Source of the DNA: an uncultured Bacilli bacterium
Lineage (GTDB): Bacteria > Bacillota_I > Bacilli_A > RF39 > UBA660
Direction of reading: 5' to 3'
NCBI GenBank assembly: GCA_934095865.1
Contig: CAKOKU010000003.1
Coordinates: 38,593-102,592, forward strand
DNA length: 64,000 nucleotides
The stretch's first letter is position 1. The number at the start of each line of letters is the position of its first letter. Below are positions 34,982 to 44,515 of this stretch, piece by piece. The notes below the pieces were generated by a model, which saw only the letters and a program-made list of their open reading frames with translations, ran no database searches and was not told the DNA's origin. The translations under genes were made by a program, and so were the position numbers.

Positions 34982-35503
34982 ATGAGTAATTTTTATCCTG
35001 ATAAATATTGTCAAAATATTTATAAAATAGATTATAAAAAACTTAAAGAACTTGGAATTAAATGCTTAATATTTGATTTAGACAATACCTTGGTTCCAGT
35101 CAAAGCGAAGGAGCCATCTAAGCAAGTAAAAGAGCTATTTTCTTATTTAGACGGTTTGGGTTTTTTTCTTATTTTAATGAGTAATAGCCCAAAAGCTCGT
35201 GTTGAACCATTTAAAGAGCAATTAAATATTGATTCTTGTTATTCATCTAAAAAACCTTTGAAAATAAAATATAAAAAAATATTAAAAACTTATGGTTATG
35301 ATATTAGTGAAGTTGCCTGCATTGGTGATCAGATAATGACTGATATTTGGGGAGCAAACAGAATGGGATTTACTTCTATATTTTTAGATCGATTAACAAC
35401 AGAAGATTTCGTTTGGACAAAGTTAAATCGTCTAATAGAAAGTGCTATTTTAAAGTATTTTCATCATAAGAAGATGTTTACTAAAGGAGAGTATTATGAA
35501 TAA
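34982..35503 (+). CDS. yqeG: YqeG-family HAD-IIIA phosphatase
   Basis: 'IKCLIFDLDNTLV' and 'GDQIMTDIWGANRMG' HAD motifs; upstream of yqeH. Confidence 0.85.
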   Translation: MSNFYPDKYCQNIYKIDYKKLKELGIKCLIFDLDNTLVPVKAKEPSKQVKELFSYLDGLGFFLILMSNSPKARVEPFKEQLNIDSCYSSKKPLKIKYKKILKTYGYDISEVACIGDQIMTDIWGANRMGFTSIFLDRLTTEDFVWTKLNRLIESAILKYFHHKKMFTKGEYYE

Positions 35504-36461
35504 AAGATGTATTGGATGTGGGGCTGTTTTACAGGATACAGATAAAAAAGCCTTAGGTTATACCCCTAAATTAAATAATAAGTATTGTATGCGCTGTTTT
35601 CGCCTAACTAATTATAATGATTTGACTGTAAGTGATGTAGCCAAAGACAATAATAAAATAATAGATATAGTTAATAAATCTGGTATTTATAGTTTTTTTC
35701 TTATAGATAGTTTAACTATTAATAAAGAAATAATAGATATTTATAGTAAGATTACTACTAAAAAATGTATTTTATTAACTAAAGTTGATTTGCTGCCAAG
35801 AAATATTAACTTAAATAATTATGTTAATAATATTAAATATGTTTATAAGATAAAGGAAGAAATTTATCCATTAAGTGTTAAAAGTAAATTAAATACAAAT
35901 AAAATAGTATGTATAATGGATGAAAAAAATATTAAGAAAGCTTATGTATTAGGATGTACTAATGCTGGTAAGTCAACAATGATAAATATGTTATTAAATA
36001 ATAATACTATTACTACTAGTAGAATGCCTAATACCACAATTGACTTTATTAATATTAATTTAGAAGATAAAATAATTACTGATACTCCTGGTTTTATGGT
36101 GGAAGCTAGTCCTTTTATTACGAATAACAATTATATTAAGAAAAATGATTATAAAGAACCTTTAAAACCTCTTACTTATCAAACTAAAGATAATACAAAT
36201 TTAATAATAGAAGAGAGATTTGCTCTTGGTTCATTTGGTTTTAATAGTGTTACTACTTATTTTAATAATAATATTGTTGTAAAAAAATCTTATAAAAATA
36301 TTACAGACTATACTGGTTTTAATATTTTAGATAATACTGATATTGTGATAAAAAATTTAGGATTTATTAATATAAAAAAGAAGGCCAGTATTAAAGTTGC
36401 TAATGAATTAGTTCCTTTTATAGAATTTAGACCTTCTTTAGTAGGAATTTCTTATGAGTAA
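35496..36461 (+). CDS. yqeH: ribosome biogenesis GTPase YqeH
   Basis: N-terminal zinc finger 'CIGCGAVLQ...YCMRCF'. Circularly permuted G-motifs 'LLTKVDLL' then 'GCTNAGKST' then 'DTPG'. Confidence 0.85.
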   Translation: MNKRCIGCGAVLQDTDKKALGYTPKLNNKYCMRCFRLTNYNDLTVSDVAKDNNKIIDIVNKSGIYSFFLIDSLTINKEIIDIYSKITTKKCILLTKVDLLPRNINLNNYVNNIKYVYKIKEEIYPLSVKSKLNTNKIVCIMDEKNIKKAYVLGCTNAGKSTMINMLLNNNTITTSRMPNTTIDFININLEDKIITDTPGFMVEASPFITNNNYIKKNDYKEPLKPLTYQTKDNTNLIIEERFALGSFGFNSVTTYFNNNIVVKKSYKNITDYTGFNILDNTDIVIKNLGFINIKKKASIKVANELVPFIEFRPSLVGISYE

Positions 36462-38286
36462 GATTCATGTAATGAGCGAAATTTTAGCCAATAAAATTGC
36501 AGCAGGCGAAGTTGTTGAACGTTGTGCTTCGGTTGTTAAAGAATTAGTAGAAAATGCAATTGATGCTAAAAGTACAATTATTAATGTTGATCTTGTAGAT
36601 GGTGGCTTAAAAGGAATAACAGTAACAGATAATGGTATTGGTATGGAACATGATGATGCTGTTTTATCATTTCAACGTCATGCAACATCGAAGTTAATTA
36701 GAGAAGATGATCTTTTCTTTATTTCGACTCTGGGTTTTAGGGGTGAGGCTTTACCATCTATTGCTTCAGTTTCGGAAGTTGATTTAGTAACGTGTGCTAG
36801 TGAAATTGGTACTCATCTTCATATTAAAGGTGGCGTTTTACAGGTAGAAGAAAATGCTCTTAAAAAAATTGGCACCATGATAAGTATTAAGAATTTATTT
36901 TTTAATACACCAGCTAGATTAAAATATCTAAAAAGCGAACAAACTGAATTAGCTAATTGTGTTTCTTATATTGAAAAGCTATCATTGTCTTATCCGGCTA
37001 TTAAGTTTGTTTTGACTAATAATGAACGAGTACTAGTAAAAACTAGTGGTTCCGGTAACTTAAAAAAGACTATTCATGAAATTTACGGCTTACAGGTTTC
37101 TTCTAACTTAATTGAAATTAAGGCAAGTAATGACGATTATGATATTTATGGCTTTATTTGCAAACCTCAGATTTTAAAATCAAGTAGGTATCATATGACT
37201 ACTATTGTTAATGGTCGTGTTGTTAGAAATAATGAACTTAATCGCGCTATTAACGATGCTTATTATACTTATAAACCCGATGGTAAATATCCAATTTGTA
37301 TAATCAATATAAATACTGATCCAACATTAATAGATGTCAATATTCATCCTACTAAGCAAGATATTAAGTTTAGTAAAGTAGATATGCTTTATGGTCTTTT
37401 AAATAAGACGATTAAAGAAGCTTTATACCAGAGCTTGTTATTGCCAAGTGCTATGGAAAGAATGAAGGCGACTAATGATATCTTATCTAAAGAAGAGATA
37501 AACTCTATAATTGAAGATAAGATTCGTTTAGATGATGCCGTAGATACAGTTGGGACAATGCCAGATGTAAGTAATCAAATACCAAATAATAGTAAGCAAG
37601 ATGAGCAAATAGCATTAGAATTTGGTGAAGTAAGAGAAGAGCCAGTTTTATATAATAAAGCCGAAGTAGATGAGAAAATAGAGAATAAAAATAAAATTAA
37701 GATTCTTAATTTGCAACCTATTGGTACGATTAATTTGACTTTTATTGTGGCTCAAGGCGATGATGGTTTATATTTAATTGACCAACATGCTGCCCATGAA
37801 CGTGTTAATTACGAAAAAGTCTTAAAAGCTTTTGAATCAGAAAAAATAGTAACTACCCCTTTATTAGTGCCAATTACTTTAGAATTAACACCAACTGAAT
37901 ATATTTTAGTCCAAAAGAATTTAGATTTATTACGAAGTATGGGATTTATTTTAGAAGAATTTGGTATTAATACCTTTATTTTTAAAGAACATCCAATTTG
38001 GTTTAAAGAAGGCTTTGAAGAAGAGGGACTACGTCGTGTTATTGATATGGTAATTGAGAGTGGTAGTTCTTTTGATGTTGTTAAATTTAGAGATCGAGCC
38101 GCAGCCATGCTAGCTTGTAAAATGTCTATCAAAGCCAATATGAGTATTTCCTTAGATGTTTGCAAACACTTATTAGAAGAATTAGCAGAGTGTGATAACC
38201 CTTATAACTGTGCTCATGGTAGACCAACAATCATAAATTTTTCTAGTTATGATTTAAATAGAATGTTTAAACGAATTATGAATTAG
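36454..38286 (+). CDS. mutL: DNA mismatch repair protein MutL
   Basis: 'LANKIAAGEVVERCASVVKELVENAIDA', 'DNGIGM', 'GFRGEAL'. C-terminal 'DQHAAHERVNYE' endonuclease motif. Confidence 0.95.
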   Translation: MSKIHVMSEILANKIAAGEVVERCASVVKELVENAIDAKSTIINVDLVDGGLKGITVTDNGIGMEHDDAVLSFQRHATSKLIREDDLFFISTLGFRGEALPSIASVSEVDLVTCASEIGTHLHIKGGVLQVEENALKKIGTMISIKNLFFNTPARLKYLKSEQTELANCVSYIEKLSLSYPAIKFVLTNNERVLVKTSGSGNLKKTIHEIYGLQVSSNLIEIKASNDDYDIYGFICKPQILKSSRYHMTTIVNGRVVRNNELNRAINDAYYTYKPDGKYPICIININTDPTLIDVNIHPTKQDIKFSKVDMLYGLLNKTIKEALYQSLLLPSAMERMKATNDILSKEEINSIIEDKIRLDDAVDTVGTMPDVSNQIPNNSKQDEQIALEFGEVREEPVLYNKAEVDEKIENKNKIKILNLQPIGTINLTFIVAQGDDGLYLIDQHAAHERVNYEKVLKAFESEKIVTTPLLVPITLELTPTEYILVQKNLDLLRSMGFILEEFGINTFIFKEHPIWFKEGFEEEGLRRVIDMVIESGSSFDVVKFRDRAAAMLACKMSIKANMSISLDVCKHLLEELAECDNPYNCAHGRPTIINFSSYDLNRMFKRIMN

Positions 38287-38297
38287 GAGGCTAAAAG

Positions 38298-39155
38298 ATG
38301 ATTTTATGTATTGTGGGACCAACAGCGGTTGGAAAAACAAAATTATCCATTGAATTAGCTAAAAAATATAATGCTATTATTATAAATGTTGATGCAATGC
38401 AAGTGTATAAGGATATGAATATTGGAACAGCTAAAGTAACAACCGAAGAAATGGCAGGAATAAAACATTATTTATTAGACTTTGTGCCTGTAAATACTAA
38501 CTATACTGTTTTTGATTATCAACGCGATGCAAGAAAAGTAATAGCTGAAAACAAAGATAGAAATATTATTTTTGTAGGTGGTACTGGATTGTATTTAAAA
38601 GCAGCTCTTTATAATTATAAGTTTTCTCTTGAAGAAAATACAACTAATACTTATGATGATTTATCTAATGAAGAATTAAAATGTTTATGCCTAAAAAAAG
38701 ATAATACTTGTGATATTCATGTTAATAATCGGAAGAGATTAATACGCTTTTTAAATCGAGATGATTGTGATAAAGAAGAATGCAGGCCGTTATATGATTT
38801 TATAACTATTGGTCTTACCACAGATAGAAAGAATCTTTATGATAAAATAGATAAAAGAGTAGATATCATGATTGAAAATGGCCTTGTAGGTGAAGCTAAG
38901 AAATTTTATGATGATGGTATTTTTAGTAAAGCATTAACTACGGCGATTGGTTATAAAGAATTATATGAATATTTTAAAGGTAATATCAGTTTAGAAGATG
39001 CGGTTTCCTTAATAAAGAAAAATAGTAGACATTATGCCAAAAGACAGTATACTTGGTTTAATAATCAAATGAATGTTACTTGGTTTGATACTGATTATAA
39101 TAATTTTAATAATACTTGTTTAGAAGTAGAAAAATTCATTGAGGAAAATAAATAA
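38298..39155 (+). CDS. miaA: tRNA dimethylallyltransferase
   Basis: 'IVGPTAVGKTKLSIELAK', 'DAMQVYKDMNIGTAK', 'GGTGLYLKA'. Confidence 0.95.
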   Translation: MILCIVGPTAVGKTKLSIELAKKYNAIIINVDAMQVYKDMNIGTAKVTTEEMAGIKHYLLDFVPVNTNYTVFDYQRDARKVIAENKDRNIIFVGGTGLYLKAALYNYKFSLEENTTNTYDDLSNEELKCLCLKKDNTCDIHVNNRKRLIRFLNRDDCDKEECRPLYDFITIGLTTDRKNLYDKIDKRVDIMIENGLVGEAKKFYDDGIFSKALTTAIGYKELYEYFKGNISLEDAVSLIKKNSRHYAKRQYTWFNNQMNVTWFDTDYNNFNNTCLEVEKFIEENK

Positions 39156-39213
39156 CAAAAAGATAGTAAAGTTTCTTTAAAAAGAGTAAAATAAAAGATG
39201 AGGTGAATAGAAA

Positions 39214-39738
39214 ATGCGACTATTTGTTATAGGGGGAAAAAGTGGCAGTGGTAAAAATACATTAGCTAAAATGATAAAAGATTATTATGATAAAAAGAAT
39301 GAAAAAACAATTATAACCGAATTTTCTAAGTATTTAAAATTATATGCTTATGAAATGATAAATTGGCCATGGGATTTAGAACATAAACCTCGTTTATTTT
39401 TACAGAATATGGGAGAGAAAGTAAGAAGAGATTTTGGCTATGACTTTTTTATTAAAAGAGTTTTTGATGATGTAGAAATATTTAAAGATTATTTTGATAA
39501 TATAATTATTTGTGATGCTAGATTAGTAGAAGAAATAAAAGAAAGTAAATTTAGATATCCTGACTGTATTACTATTTATATAGAAAGTACTAAAGAAAAT
39601 GATTTAACAGAAGAAGAAAGAAGCCATATAACCGAGAAAGCTCTTGATGATTATTATGATTTTGATTATAATATAAGGTACGTTTCCCAAGAAAAACTAG
39701 AGAAAGAATTAAATGAAATATTGGAGGAAGTAAAATGA
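39214..39738 (+). CDS. P-loop kinase (dNMP-kinase-like)
   Basis: Walker A 'GGKSGSGKNT'; 'LQNMGEKVRRDFGYDFF' resembles the dNMP-kinase family. Stop overlaps the alaS start. Confidence 0.5.
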   Translation: MRLFVIGGKSGSGKNTLAKMIKDYYDKKNEKTIITEFSKYLKLYAYEMINWPWDLEHKPRLFLQNMGEKVRRDFGYDFFIKRVFDDVEIFKDYFDNIIICDARLVEEIKESKFRYPDCITIYIESTKENDLTEEERSHITEKALDDYYDFDYNIRYVSQEKLEKELNEILEEVK

Positions 39739-41474
39739 ATTTAAGAGAAGAGTATATTAATTTTTTTGTTAGTAAAGGACATAAGCAAATTCCTAGTGCT
39801 CCTGTTGTGCCTGAAAATGACCCATCAGTTTTATTTAATACTGCTGGTATGCAACCATTAGTGCCATATCTTATGGGAGAGGCACATCCTTATGGTAAAA
39901 GATTATGCGATTATCAAAAGTGTGTTCGTACAAATGACCTTGAAGAAGTAGGAGATACAACTCATCATACTTTCTTTGAAATGTTAGGCAACTGGTCTTT
40001 AGGCGATTATTTTAAAGATGAAGCTATTAGCTGGAGTTTTGAGTTCTTAACTAAAGTATTAAATATTCCTGTTAACCGTTTAGCTGTTACTGTCTTTGCT
40101 GGTAATGAAGAGATTCCATTTGATTCAGTAAGTTATAATAAATGGTTAAGTTTAGGTATTCCAGGATCAAGAATTGTTAAAACCGTTGATGATAATTTCT
40201 GGATAGCGGGAGAAGCTGGTCCTTGTGGTCCGGATACAGAAATCTTTTATTTCCGTAGTGAAGAAGAAATTCCTGAAAGTTATGATTTAGAAGATAATCG
40301 TTGGGTTGAAATTTGGAATAATGTCTTTATGCAATATTATAAAGATAAAAATGGAATAAGAGAATTATCTCAAAAGAATGTTGATACTGGTATGGGTATA
40401 GAAAGAACAACGGCTATCTTAGAAGGCGTATGTGATAATTACTTATCATCAATTTGGATAGATATTATTAAAAAGATTGAAGAAATAACAAAACTTCCTT
40501 ATGAAGGTAATGAAAAATCAATGCGCATTATAGCTGACCACATTAGAACAGCTGTCTTTATTGCGGCTGATCCAGCAGGCATTAAACCAAGTAATACTGA
40601 TCAAGGCTATATTCTTAGAAGATTAATTCGTCGTGCTATTCGTCATGCTAAAAATCTAAATATAGATATTAATAGTGATTGGGATAAAGAAATAGCTTCC
40701 TTAATATTAAAGAAATATCAACCATATTATCAAGAATTAGTTACTAATGAACAAGCTGTTTATGATTGCTTAGCCGAAGAAAAAAATAAATTTAGCAAGA
40801 CTTTGGAAAAAGGATTACGTGAATTTTCTAAAATGACTAAAGATAAAACTGTCGTTACTGGCGAAATGGCTTTCCACTTATTTGATACCTATGGTTTTCC
40901 TTTAGAACTAACGGTAGAAATGGCTAAAGAAAATAATATGACAGTTGATTGTGAAGGCTATGAGAAAAAATTTAGAGAACATCAAGAATTATCTAGAACA
41001 GCCTCTAGTGGTAAATTTAAGGGCGGTTTAGCTGGCAATAGTGAAATTGAAACAAGATATCATACTGCAACTCATCTTTTAAATGCCGCCTTAAAAGTAG
41101 TAGTAAGTAAAGATGTTCATCAAAGAGGCTCTAATATTACCGATGAGAGAATGCGTTTTGATTTTAGTTGTGATCATAAGTTAACTGATGAAGAAAAACG
41201 TAAGACCGAAGAATTAGTTCAAAAATGGATTGATGAAGATTTACCAGTTGTTTGTAAAGAAATGAAAAAAGAAGAAGCAATCAAAAGTGGCGCTGAATGT
41301 ATGTTTATAGAGAAATATCCTGATGTTGTAACTGTTTATGAAATTGGTGATGTATCTCGTGAATTATGTGGTGGACCACACGTTAAACATACTAAAGAAA
41401 TAGGTAAATTTAGGATTGTAAAAGAAGAAGCTTCCAGTGCTGGTGTTAGAAGAATTAAAGCTGTTATTGAATAA
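39735..41474 (+). CDS. alaS: alanine--tRNA ligase, short form (579 aa; no C-Ala domain)
   Basis: 'LFNTAGMQP', 'HHTFFEMLGNWSLGDYFK', 'GPCGPDTEIFY', 'VDTGMGIER'. Editing motifs 'HTATHLL' and 'CGGPHV'; ends right after 'GVRRIKAV'. Confidence 0.85.
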   Translation: MNLREEYINFFVSKGHKQIPSAPVVPENDPSVLFNTAGMQPLVPYLMGEAHPYGKRLCDYQKCVRTNDLEEVGDTTHHTFFEMLGNWSLGDYFKDEAISWSFEFLTKVLNIPVNRLAVTVFAGNEEIPFDSVSYNKWLSLGIPGSRIVKTVDDNFWIAGEAGPCGPDTEIFYFRSEEEIPESYDLEDNRWVEIWNNVFMQYYKDKNGIRELSQKNVDTGMGIERTTAILEGVCDNYLSSIWIDIIKKIEEITKLPYEGNEKSMRIIADHIRTAVFIAADPAGIKPSNTDQGYILRRLIRRAIRHAKNLNIDINSDWDKEIASLILKKYQPYYQELVTNEQAVYDCLAEEKNKFSKTLEKGLREFSKMTKDKTVVTGEMAFHLFDTYGFPLELTVEMAKENNMTVDCEGYEKKFREHQELSRTASSGKFKGGLAGNSEIETRYHTATHLLNAALKVVVSKDVHQRGSNITDERMRFDFSCDHKLTDEEKRKTEELVQKWIDEDLPVVCKEMKKEEAIKSGAECMFIEKYPDVVTVYEIGDVSRELCGGPHVKHTKEIGKFRIVKEEASSAGVRRIKAVIE

Positions 41475-41489
41475 AATAGAGCAAAAAAA

Positions 41490-41518
41490 TTGACAAGTTT
41501 AAAATAAAGAATTAAAAT
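41490..41518 (+). promoter_or_regulatory. sigma-A promoter of the aspS-asnS leader
   Basis: TTGACA (41490-41495), 17 nt, TAAAAT (41513-41518). Confidence 0.6.
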
Positions 41519-41535
41519 GACAATATAAATATTTT

Positions 41536-41730
41536 GGAACGAGTAGAAAGATTAGTTTATGAAGAGAATTTGCGGTTGGTGTAAGCAAACTAAACTGACT
41601 TTTGAATAACAACCAAGAAGATAATATTTCGTTAAATCGCGTTAAGATTAAAATAAGGTAGAAGAATTTCTATAAAGTAGGATGGCACCACGTTTTAAAC
41701 GTTCCTATAATTATGGAAATTCTTTTTGTT
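41536..41730 (+). promoter_or_regulatory. T-box riboswitch leader, specifier GAU (Asp)
   Basis: Stem I with AGAGA and GGUGUAA elements. Specifier context AAGAA-GAU-A (41620-41622). T-box 'UAGGAUGGCACCACG' (UGGC fits a G73 discriminator). 13-bp terminator stem 41662-41674/41712-41724 followed by a U-run. Confidence 0.8.
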
Positions 41731-41745
41731 TATAAAGGAGAAAGT

Positions 41746-43059
41746 ATGGAAAAAGTATATGTTAAAGATTTAAATAACTATTTAGAAAAAGAAATAACAT
41801 TTATGGGTTTTGTAGATACCGTAAGAGATAAAAAATGGGTGATGTTTGTTATTTTAAGAGATTCAACGGGTAAAATTCAGATGACAATTGAAAAGAGTGA
41901 AGAAGCTAATAAAGAACTCTTGGAAATTATGAGTAATATTACAGTTGATAGTGTTATTAAAGTAAAAGGATTACTAAAAGAAAATAGTGCTGTTAAATTA
42001 GGCGGAATGGAATTAATACCTAGTAGTATTGAAGTTATGAGTAGGGCTGAGGCTTTACCATTTGATTACAATAATTTAGATGGGGTAAATATAGATACCA
42101 GATTAGATTACCGTTTCTTAGATTTGCGTAATGAAAAGAATATGCTAGTTAGACAAATTGAATCATGTTTAGTTGGAGCTATGCGTGCATACCTTTATCA
42201 AGAAGACTTTACTGAAATACATACACCAAAATTAATTGGGGCTGCATCAGAATCTGGTAGTGAAGTTTTTGAAGTAAAATACTTTGATAGAAAAGCATAT
42301 CTTGCTCAATCACCACAATTTTATAAACAAATGGCGATGGCTGCTGGTATGAGTAAAATCTTTGAAGTAGCACCAGCTTTTAGAGCTGAAAATTCTAATA
42401 CTAATAGACATGCGACTGAATTTACTTCTTTTGATTTAGAATTTAGTTATATTGACTCTTATTTAGATGTTATGGATATGGAAGAAAATTTACTTATAGC
42501 AGGTCTTACTAAAGTTAAAGAACTATATGGAGAAAAGATAAAAGAAGTGTTTGGTAAAGAAGTAATTGTTCCAACTAAACCATTCCCTCGTATTAAGTTA
42601 CAAGATTTATATCAAGAATTAAAAGAAAGATATAATTTTGTAATTCCTAGTGAAGATGTTGGGGATTTAAATGCGGAAGCAGAAAAATTAGCATATCAAT
42701 ATGCTATGGAAAAATATAATAGTGAATTCTTATTTATAACTGATTATGCTAAGACTAAGAGAGCTTTCTATCATATGCGTAAAGATGATATTCCTCAAGG
42801 TTATGATTTAATTTGGAGAGGTTCAGAGATTACTACTGGTGCTCAAAGAGAACATCGTTATGATATCTTAAAGGCACAAGCTCAAGAAAAAGGCTTAGGA
42901 GAAGATGTAAAGTTCTATTTAGAATTCTTCAAATATGGTTGTCCTCCTCACGGTGGTTTTGCTGTTGGCGTTGATAGATTAACTATGTTATTACTTGGTT
43001 TACCTTCAGTTAAAGAAACCCAATTCTTATTTAGAGGGCCAAACCGTTTAGAACCATAA
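41746..43059 (+). CDS. aspS: aspartate--tRNA ligase, archaeal/type-2 (about 437 aa, no GAD insertion)
   Basis: 'FRAENSNTNRHATEFTSFDLE', 'GGFAVGVDRL'. ATG 41746 after AAAGGAGA; the track ORF start at 41713 lies inside the terminator. Confidence 0.9.
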   Translation: MEKVYVKDLNNYLEKEITFMGFVDTVRDKKWVMFVILRDSTGKIQMTIEKSEEANKELLEIMSNITVDSVIKVKGLLKENSAVKLGGMELIPSSIEVMSRAEALPFDYNNLDGVNIDTRLDYRFLDLRNEKNMLVRQIESCLVGAMRAYLYQEDFTEIHTPKLIGAASESGSEVFEVKYFDRKAYLAQSPQFYKQMAMAAGMSKIFEVAPAFRAENSNTNRHATEFTSFDLEFSYIDSYLDVMDMEENLLIAGLTKVKELYGEKIKEVFGKEVIVPTKPFPRIKLQDLYQELKERYNFVIPSEDVGDLNAEAEKLAYQYAMEKYNSEFLFITDYAKTKRAFYHMRKDDIPQGYDLIWRGSEITTGAQREHRYDILKAQAQEKGLGEDVKFYLEFFKYGCPPHGGFAVGVDRLTMLLLGLPSVKETQFLFRGPNRLEP

Positions 43060-43088
43060 GAATATAGTTTAAGAAAGGAATAAAGAAA

Positions 43089-44456
43089 ATGGATATAAAA
43101 GATGTTACAAAAGAATTAATCGGAAAAGAAATAACTATTTGTGGATGGGTAAAAAATCATCGTAAGCAGGCAACATTTGGTTTTATTAACCTATTTGATG
43201 GTACTTGTCAAAAAAACTTACAAGTTGTTTATGACAATTCATTAGCAGATTTTGATAGTATTGGTCGTATTCATATTGGCTCTTCTATCAAGGTTACAGG
43301 TTTAATTAAAGAAAGTGAAGGCAAAGGCCAAGATATAGATTTAGTTGCTAGTAGGGTTGAATTATTAGGAGATTGTCCTGAAGATTATCCTATTCAACCA
43401 AAAAGACATACTTTAGAATATTTAAGAAGTATTGCTTATTTAAGACCTAGAACAAATATTTTTCAGTCAGTTTTTAGAATTAGAAGTGCTGCTGCCCAAA
43501 GTATACATGAATATTTTCGCAAAAATAACTATTTATATGTACATACACCTTTAATTACAACAGCTGATTGTGAAGGTTCAGATCAAATGTTTAAGCTTAC
43601 AACTTTTGATTTAAATAGTGTACCAATGAAAGACGGCAAGGCAGATATGACGAAAGATTTATTTGGTCGTACAGCCTTTATTACCGGTAGTGGTCAATTA
43701 CATGGAGAAACATTTGCTCATGCTTTTAAAAAGATTTATACTTTTGGTCCTACATTTAGAACTGAAAACTCTAATACAAAGACTCATGCAAATGAATTCT
43801 GGATGATTGAACCAGAAATATGTTTCTGTAATTTAGATGAATTAATGGATATTGAAGAAGATTTCTTAAAATATATTGTTAATTATTGTCTGACTAATTG
43901 TCGTGAAGATATTGAATTTTTAGATAAATTTGCTTCTAAAGGATTATTGGATAAATTAGAAAAATTAGTAAGTAGTAAATTTGTTAGAATTGATCATAAA
44001 GATGTAATTGATATTTTAAAGAAAGCCCCAGTTAAATGGGAATTTACACCAGAATATGGTGAAGATATTGCTAAAGAACATGAAAAGTATATTACTGAAT
44101 ATTTTGGGTGTCCAGTATTTATTAAAAACTGGCCAAAAGATATTAAAGCATACTATATGAAAGTTAATGCTGATAATGAAACTGTTGCGGCTGTCGACTT
44201 AGAAGTTCCTGGTTGTGGTGAACTTATGGGTGGCTCACAAAGGGAAGAAGACTATAACAAATTATTAGAACGTATGCATGAATTTAATATCAATACAGAG
44301 GAAATAGAATGGTATTTGAACTTGAGAAAATATGGTACTACTGTTCATTCTGGTTTTGGTATGGGCTTTGAACGTTTAATTATGTATCTAACTGGTATGG
44401 AAAATATTCGTGATGTTATTCCATATCCTCGTACACCTGGTTCTTGTGAATATTAA
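43089..44456 (+). CDS. asnS: asparagine--tRNA ligase
   Basis: 'FRTENSNTKTHANEFWMIEPE', 'HSGFGMGFERL'; 455 aa. Confidence 0.9.
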   Translation: MDIKDVTKELIGKEITICGWVKNHRKQATFGFINLFDGTCQKNLQVVYDNSLADFDSIGRIHIGSSIKVTGLIKESEGKGQDIDLVASRVELLGDCPEDYPIQPKRHTLEYLRSIAYLRPRTNIFQSVFRIRSAAAQSIHEYFRKNNYLYVHTPLITTADCEGSDQMFKLTTFDLNSVPMKDGKADMTKDLFGRTAFITGSGQLHGETFAHAFKKIYTFGPTFRTENSNTKTHANEFWMIEPEICFCNLDELMDIEEDFLKYIVNYCLTNCREDIEFLDKFASKGLLDKLEKLVSSKFVRIDHKDVIDILKKAPVKWEFTPEYGEDIAKEHEKYITEYFGCPVFIKNWPKDIKAYYMKVNADNETVAAVDLEVPGCGELMGGSQREEDYNKLLERMHEFNINTEEIEWYLNLRKYGTTVHSGFGMGFERLIMYLTGMENIRDVIPYPRTPGSCEY

Positions 44457-44461
44457 AAAGA

Positions 44462-44514
44462 AAAAGATTAGAACTTTCTAAACTAAGTAATTAGAATAGA
44501 AGTTTTAATCTTTT
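44462..44514. terminator. possible bidirectional terminator between convergent asnS and the ATPase gene
   Basis: AAAAGATTAGAACTT ... AAGTTTTAATCTTTT (one mismatch, long loop) followed by a T-run. Confidence 0.4.
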
Positions 44515-44515
44515 T

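Noticed and set aside
41713-41745. Upstream start of aspS (track start 41713).
   Set aside because: These codons are the 3' arm and U-run of the T-box terminator. AAAGGAGA precedes the ATG at 41746.
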